A stretch of DNA of 64,000 nucleotides from Eledone cirrhosa (lineage: Eukaryota). Below the pieces are notes generated by a model, which saw nothing but the letters and a program-made list of their open reading frames with translations, was not told where the DNA came from and ran no database searches. Shown one piece after another: positions 57,114 to 64,000 of the stretch. Location: the NCBI GenBank assembly GCA_964016885.1, contig OZ024742.1:63302001-63366000 (forward strand), given 5' to 3'. The position numbers and the translations under genes were made by a program. Within the stretch, counting starts at the first letter, position 1, and every line of letters begins with the position of its first letter.

Positions 57114-58600
57114 ATAAGAAACACACGCACCAGTTGCTTTCACTCCAATTTATAATAAATTAAATTTATAAATCTAAGAATTTATTTATAAATTTCCGGT
57201 TGGTTGGTTGGTTCCATAACCGGACGGTTGTTCATATATTGTCAAAGTTCTTTTGTCACACATTCTGTGACCTCTTCAATGACTGAGGATTCTTTTCTTT
57301 CTTTTGTGCCTCTCCTTTGTTCTGTCCTACGCCATCTTGTTTGTGTGTGTGTTGTGTGCTTAGTTTGCGCATGTGTTACATCCGGGTGTCTGTGTGTGTT
57401 TTTATTTGTTTATTTATTTGTTTATTTACATGTTACTGGTTGGTTGTTTGTTCTATGTGTGTGTGTGTTTTCATTTTGTCCTTAATTGTAAGTTGTGATG
57501 TTGCTATTCCATTCATGTTTTCTATTTAATTTTGGTTGGAGTTCATTTATGTTTATTGCCTCTGTGATTTGTCTAAACATTGCGTCTTTTCTGAGTGTAG
57601 ATTCTATTTTTATTTCTATGTTCTCTAATTTGCCCTTATGTTCTATTTTATCATTTTGGTGGAGTATTGATGATTCTTTTTTATTTTGAAGTTCTCGCCA
57701 GTGTTCATTTAACCGTTCCCCTATACTACGAGCTATCTCACCTATGTACATTATAATCTTATCTTTACAATTGTCCTTCAGTACATCTTATGCTATATAC
57801 TACATTTCTAGTTTTACAGTTAATATGGGGGCTTAATTTACAGATTATACATTTCTTATCTATACAGGGAGGTCTTTGAAAAGGGTATGTATTGCTAATA
57901 AGTGTTTTTATGGAGGTACCTGGTCTTTCTACTATCTTAATATTAAGTTTATGTTTATCTAGGGCCCTTCTAAAATTGTAAGCTAATTCACCTCTAGGGG
58001 TTGTATTGATGAACATTACACTCTGGTATTTATTGCTATCATACCATGAGTTTATTCTATTAACCTTATTCCTAGTTCTTTCTATTCTATTCCAAAATTT
58101 GCTCCTATACTATTTTTTCCCATTTGGTTCTGGCTCCTCTATATACTCTGCTTTTATCTCTCTGATTGTAACCAGAGAACTGCATACGGTGGATTAAGTG
58201 TTGTATGTGTCTCTCTAGTTCTTTGGGGTTGCACATGCGGGACACGTTTCTCATCACCCGTACCAAATCCGCAATCAGTATGTTGATTTTGGTGTAATCC
58301 GAAACAGCTGAGTTTCGGTGGATCAGATATTTGGAAGTCATGGGTTTGGCATAATGGGAATGGAGGATTTTTTTTTGTTATTAATGGTTTCTAACCAGAG
58401 CTCTGTGTCTAGTACAGGTAATCGATGGTTTGGGTGTTTGCTTAGGTAGTCTATAGTAAATCTAATGCTCTGGTGGATGGAGTTAGCTATTTGCTGGATG
58501 CTTTCCATGGTGTTTTTCTCTAATTCCGGACTGTTCTCTAGAGTGGGTGTTTTTACTACGATGTTTATATCATCAACGTAGCGGGAGTACATTATCAGGG
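57114..58600 (-). mobile_element. Penelope-like element, inverted arm (RT5 to GIY-YIG and 3' pLTR), pseudogenised
   Basis: ORFs YSRYVDDINIVV, LPVLDTELW, CIDKKCIICK..CKTRNVVYSIRC, YIGEIARSIGERLNEHW...RQITEAININELQPKLNRKHEW; reverse complement of 58857-60388. Confidence 0.92.
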
Positions 58601-60383
58601 CTACCATTACGGGTGGACCAGAGCCATACGGACCCCCGAAAACCACGATGAACTAAAGAAAATCATTGCACATGCGGTGGGGGCCAGTATAAAATTAACC
58701 CTTAAGGAACATATGTTCAAATTTAATGGAAAAACATATGCCCAAGAGGAGGGAGCAGCCATTGGTGTTAGCATTGCAGGTGACTATTCATGGTATGGTG
58801 GGACAATAAACTTAAACTTAAACTTAAAGAACAATTAGAAGACAGCAACCTCTTAACCCTGATAATGTACTCCCGTTACGTTGATGATATAAACATCGTA
58901 GTAAAAACACCCCCACTAGAGAACAGTCAGGAATTAGAGAAACTCACCATGGAAAGCATCCAGCAAATAGCTAACTCCATCCACCAGAGCATTAGAGTTA
59001 CTATAGACTACCCAAGCAAACACCCCAACCATCGATTACCTGTACTAGACACAGAGCTCTGGTTAGAAACCATTAATAACAAAAAACAAATCCTCCATTC
59101 CCATTATGCCAAACCCATGACTTCCAAATATCTGATCCACTGAAACTCAGCTGTTTCGGAACACACCAAAATCAACATACTGATTGCGGATTTGGTACGG
59201 GTGATGAGAAACGTGTCCAGCATATGCAACCCCAAAGAACTAGAGAGACACATACAACACTTCATCCACCGTATGCAGTTCTCTGGTTACAATCAGAGAG
59301 ATAAAATCAGAGTATAAAGAGGAGCCAGAACCAAATGGGAAAAAATGGTAAATAATGACACAAATGGGACCTGCCCCTTGTATAGGAGCAAATTTTGGAA
59401 TAGAATAGAAAGAACTAGGAATAAGGTTAATAGAATAAACTCATGGTATGATAGCAATAAATACCAGAGTGTAATGTTCATTGATACAACCCCTAGAGGT
59501 GAATTAGCTTACAAATTTAGAAGGGCCCTAGATAAACATAAACTCAATATTAAGATAGTAGAAAGACCAGGTACCTCCATAAAAACACTTATTAGCAATA
59601 CATGCCCTTTTCAAAGACCTCCCTGTATAGATAAGAAATGTATAATCTGTAAATTAAGCGTCCATATTAGCTGTAAAACTAGAAATATAGTATATAGCAT
59701 AAGATGTACTGGAGGACAATGTAGAGATAAGAATATAGTGTACATAGGTGAGACAGCTCGTAGTATAGGAGAACCGATAAATGAACACTGGCGAGACCTT
59801 CAAGATAGTAAAGAATCATCCAACATGCTAAAATAGAACATAAGGGTAAATTAGAGAACATAGAAATAAAAATAGAATCTACACACAGAAAAGACGCAAT
59901 GTTTAGACAAATCACAGAGGCAATAAACATAAATGAACTCCAACCAAAATTAAATAGAAAACATGAATGGAACAGCAACATCACAACTTACAATTAAGCA
60001 CAAAATGAAAACACACACGCACATAGAACAAACAACCAACCAGTAACATGTAAATAAACAAATATAAACACACACAGACACCCGGACATGCGCAAACTAA
60101 GCACACAACACACAGACACCACACATGCGCAAACTAAGCACACAACACACACAAGAACAAGATGGCGTATGACAGAACAAAGGAGAGGCACAACACAAAG
60201 AAAAGAATCCCCAGTCACTGAAGAGGTCACAGAATGTGTGACGAAAGAACTTTGACAATGTATGAACAACCGTCCGATTATGGAACCAACCAACCAACCG
60301 GAAATTTATAAATACATTCTTAGATTTATAAATTTAATTTATTATAAATTGGAGTGAAAGCAACTGGTGCGTGTGGTGTGTTT

Positions 60384-60388
<5 letters not shown>
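58601..60388 (+). mobile_element. 5'-truncated Penelope-like element (RT + Cys linker + GIY-YIG + 3' pLTR), pseudogenised
   Basis: HMFKFNGKTYAQEEGAAIGVSIAG, FMVWWD, YSRYVDD, NIVYSIRC..YIGETARS; stops and frameshifts; ends in (TA)n. Confidence 0.93.
60214..60256 (+). ncRNA. Minimal hammerhead in the PLE 3' pLTR (mutated mirror copy at 57241-57285, minus)
   Basis: gtca-CTGAAGA-ggtcacagaatgtgtgac-GAAA-gaa-CTT-tgac; stem I gtca/tgac, stem II gtcaca/tgtgac. Confidence 0.72.
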
Positions 60389-60468
<80 letters not shown>

Positions 60469-61662
60469 ATGTGTGTGTGTGTATGTATGTATGTATGTAT
60501 GTATGTATGTATGTATGTATGTATGTATGTATGTATGAGTGTGTGTGTGTGTGTGCGTGTGTGTGTGTGTGTGAATTTTCATTAAAAAGCCAATTTAAAA
60601 TATAACCACATATTGAGCTAAAGAACGGAAGAAAAGAGAGTTTAAAGCACGAGATGAGAAATTAGAGGGGCAGAGAGGGGGAAAGAGATAAGTGAAGGGA
60701 AGAGGAGTGGAGAAAACCGGAAATGAGATGGATGGATCAAAATATTTTTGGAGAATTGTGAAAGATAATAAATGATTGAGAAAGAATGAAGAATGTAAAC
60801 TAAGGAGAAATACAGAACTATAGTGTCATGATGACCTCTTCAGCTTCCTTCTAGACCCACATGGTTTCGCGCGGGGAAAAAAGGAAGGACCATATATATA
60901 TAAGGCTAGCCCGCGCAACAGAAGCAAATTGTCTGTTGGTCTAACGCTTGTGTAGGCGAAATAAATAAGACAAGAGAAGAGAACAGTGGGACACATCCAG
61001 CGGGTGGGGGGATATGTATAAAGAAAGAGGGGAGATAGATATAAAGATAGTCCTAAATATTTACTTACATCAGTAATATATATATCAAATATGACATCCA
61101 TCCATATATAACTAAGACAATTACATCAGTGAACAACAACAACAGCATCATCACCAACAATACCACCACCAACACCAACGTTACCACCAACATCACAATC
61201 ACCAACAACATCAACAGCAACTTCATCACCAACATCATCGCCAACAACACCAACAATACCAGCAACTACCAACAACAATAACAACAACAACGACAACATC
61301 ATCATCAATAACACCATCAATATTAAAACCACCACAATTACCGCAAACACTAATACCATCACTAGCATCACTACCAACAGAAGAAGAACAACAACAACGA
61401 TAAAATAGATGTATCATGTTGACAATGAGAATGAAATATGGCAGAGAGATGTCAAATAACAGATTTATTTGGTGATAAACATAACTCACACAGATGGAAC
61501 TAACAACAATACCAACAACAACAGCAACAGCTGCAACACCAGTAAGAACAGCAATAAATACAGCAACAGCAGCTACAAGAAGAAGAAGAAGAAGAACAAC
61601 ATAACAACATAACAACATCAACATCAACAATAACAACAACATCAACAACATAAACAACAACG

Positions 61663-61704
<42 letters not shown>

Positions 61705-61712
61705 TCATCATC

Positions 61713-61758
<46 letters not shown>

Positions 61759-62171
61759 TCATCAACAACAACAACAGCGACAACAGCAACAATAACAACA
61801 GTGACAACAACAACAACAACAACAGCAACAACAACACCTATTAACAACCGCAGCTACTCGACATACTAGGCATAGCAGTCAAATCTCTGTCAAATCGCAT
61901 TCCGCTATTTTTGGAAAAACACACACACACATATATACATACACCCATGGATACCCACGTACACATAATTCTATGCACATATACACGTACACTCACATAC
62001 ACACACATATACATATACCCACACATACATAGACATACACACATACAAACATAAACTGTCGTAAATATTGACTGGCATTTATTGCATATTATTCTTGCTG
62101 TTTTATCTGTGTTTTACAGTCTCTCTCTCTATTGCTTTCTCTGCCTCACTCTCTGTCCTTTTTCGTCCTAC

Positions 62172-62224
<53 letters not shown>

Positions 62225-62361
62225 CCTTGTTTCTCATTATATATATATATATTAACATATATATTAATATATATATTAACATTGAACTAAAACCTGTTGA
62301 GAAAGTGGCTTCCTTGTTCAATCATCTTACCAGAAGCCTGACATTATTTATGTAAGCGGAC

Positions 62362-62551
62362 TTATGGCGGTGAATTGGCAGTATCGGTAGAGGGTCGGAC
62401 GCCATGCTTTGACGCATAGAGTTACGGCCCTTGCCATTCTGAGTTCAAATCCCGTCGAGGTTAACTTTGCCTTTCATCCTTACGGGGTCGATAAAATAAA
62501 GTACCAGTAATACATTGGGAAATTGCTGGCCTTGTGCCAAAAGTAGAAACA
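62362..62551 (+). mobile_element. Full-length tRNA-derived SINE with 19-bp TSD
   Basis: TSD ATTATTTATGTAAGCGGAC at 62343-62361 and 62552-62570. Confidence 0.9.
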
Positions 62552-62832
62552 ATTATTTATGTAAGCGGACGGTACTTGATTTAGGAGCCGCAGAAACCCA
62601 AATACTGGATTTTACCAACCTTCCAGGGGTCCGGGTAAATTTTCAATACCCGAATTACTTGATCGTTTTTTTGGCTATGCGAATGATTGTTTAACCATCG
62701 TCTCGGTGTGTTTGGCCTTTAACGTTTGTTATAGCTCTGGCTCATCTGAATCATTGAGCACTTTCTTCACATCTCGGAGGTTGTTTTTCGTTATTTCGTG
62801 GGCCGAAATGCGAATCTCGATAATTTATGTTT

Positions 62833-62878
<46 letters not shown>

Positions 62879-62921
62879 GAAAGGTATAGAAAACATTGTA
62901 GCAAAAAGCCAACAGTATTCC

Positions 62922-62986
<65 letters not shown>

Positions 62987-63000
62987 ACTCGTGGGGGAAT

Positions 63001-63192
63001 AATAATTGTTTCTACTTTTGGCACAAGGCCAGCAATTATTTCAGTGCATTACTGGTACTTTATTTTATCGACCCCGTAAAGATGAAACGCAAAGTTAAAC
63101 TCGGCGGGATTTGAACTCAGACCGTAAAGGGTCGTAACTCTATTCTGCAAAGGATGGTGTCCGACCCTCTACCGATACTCACAATCCACCGC
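63001..63192 (-). mobile_element. tRNA-derived SINE
   Basis: Same body as other copies. Confidence 0.85.
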
Positions 63193-63284
63193 GTTGAGTG
63201 AATCATGATCATATAATAATATTATTGATATTCGGTTTGTTTGCAAGCAAACAGCCTCATTAACACCATGTGCGTTTTCTAGAT

Positions 63285-63481
63285 CAGGCAGGTCAAACTG
63301 AGGGTGCCCCGAGGGCCACATGGGTCACATATGTGTTGTCTGAAGACCACACATGACAACTAATTGCGCACATTACAACTAATTTTATATTACGCTGGCG
63401 CTGTAAAAACCTTTGTGCGGGCCACGGGTGTGCTTGTAAAGGTCAGCATAAGGGCCGCGGGCCGCATGTTTGACATGCCTG
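63285..63481. mobile_element. hAT-type MITE
   Basis: TIRs caggcaggtcaaac / gtttgacatgcctg; 8-bp TSD TTCTAGAT at 63277-63284 and 63482-63489. Confidence 0.85.
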
Positions 63482-63689
63482 TTCTAGATCACCAACTTCG
63501 TCCTTTTGTCCCAGCGGTAGCTGAGAGAAAACAGTCGACAATTGTTTCAGAGATTTTGCTCCTTATCGAGACTATGTAATCTTGTCATTGCTACCCACTA
63601 GAACTACCGAGAATACATAGTATTCTCAAATGTATACATCGGCTGATTAGCCTAATTTGTATTCGTATAGAGACACCAGGGCAGCAAGA

Positions 63690-64000
63690 ACTATATCTTT
63701 TATCTCCCTTTTTGAAAATTGGGATTATCACTCCCGATTGCGATTGCTTAGGTGCCTTTCCATGGATCCAGACCAACCGGCACACACGAGTCAGCCAGAG
63801 AATAGCCAGAATGCTTTTAACATCTCGGACTGTATTTCATCCTCCCCAGCGGCCTTGCCACATTTGAGTTCTTTAATTGTTCTTGTGACCTCAGCCTCAG
63901 AGAGATTAGTAACCGCTTCTAGATGCACCTCGTGTACATCAGAAGATGCTGCAGTGATCAGGTTTAGGAGATCAGTAAAGAAGTTTCTCTACCCCGCCAG
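63690..64000 (-). mobile_element. RTE-like LINE RT N-terminal remnant (runs off window)
   Basis: EVTRTIKELKCGKAAGEDEIQSEMLK and GVIIPIFKKGDKR motifs. Confidence 0.72.

Noticed and set aside
59141-59143. In-frame TGA in the PLE as possible selenocysteine read-through
   Set aside because: The inverted arm has CGA (Arg) at this codon, so it is a CpG-deamination nonsense mutation
57114-60388. Fold-backs as chimeric-read assembly artefacts
   Set aside because: Arms differ by multiple substitutions and indels, are asymmetric in a consistent way and are confined to element boundaries; long-read confirmation is still advisable
62366-62460. tRNA gene suggested by A/B boxes
   Set aside because: SINE head with TSD and body; no intact cloverleaf

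Overview
Eukaryotic, AT-rich, microsatellite-saturated non-coding DNA. The SINE and repeat profile resembles an octopus/coleoid cephalopod (inference from recall, not searched). No host protein-coding exon could be supported, and nearly all listed ORFs are simple-repeat artefacts. The window is a transposon graveyard: R4/Dong-like RLE LINEs at (CATA)n, RTE LINEs, a Tx1/L1 remnant, a full-length decayed mariner, hAT/Tc1/piggyBac-like MITEs, helitron-like elements, about 15 copies of a tRNA-derived SINE and a 2.4-kb 28-bp minisatellite. The main signal is a dense system of Penelope-like element (PLE) 3' ends inserted into (TA)n tracts. Many carry type I hammerhead ribozyme (HHR) folds, about 15 read by eye. 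These include a recurrent U3-A8 compensatory core variant (TTGAnAA instead of CTGAnGA) and HHRs with greatly extended stem II. Many insertions are asymmetric fold-backs (60 bp to 1.5 kb arms) with a common architecture suggesting twin priming on (TA)n targets. A 3.3-kb fold-back RT+GIY-YIG PLE at 57114-60388 shows the coding counterpart. All structure calls are by eye and ribozyme activity is untested.
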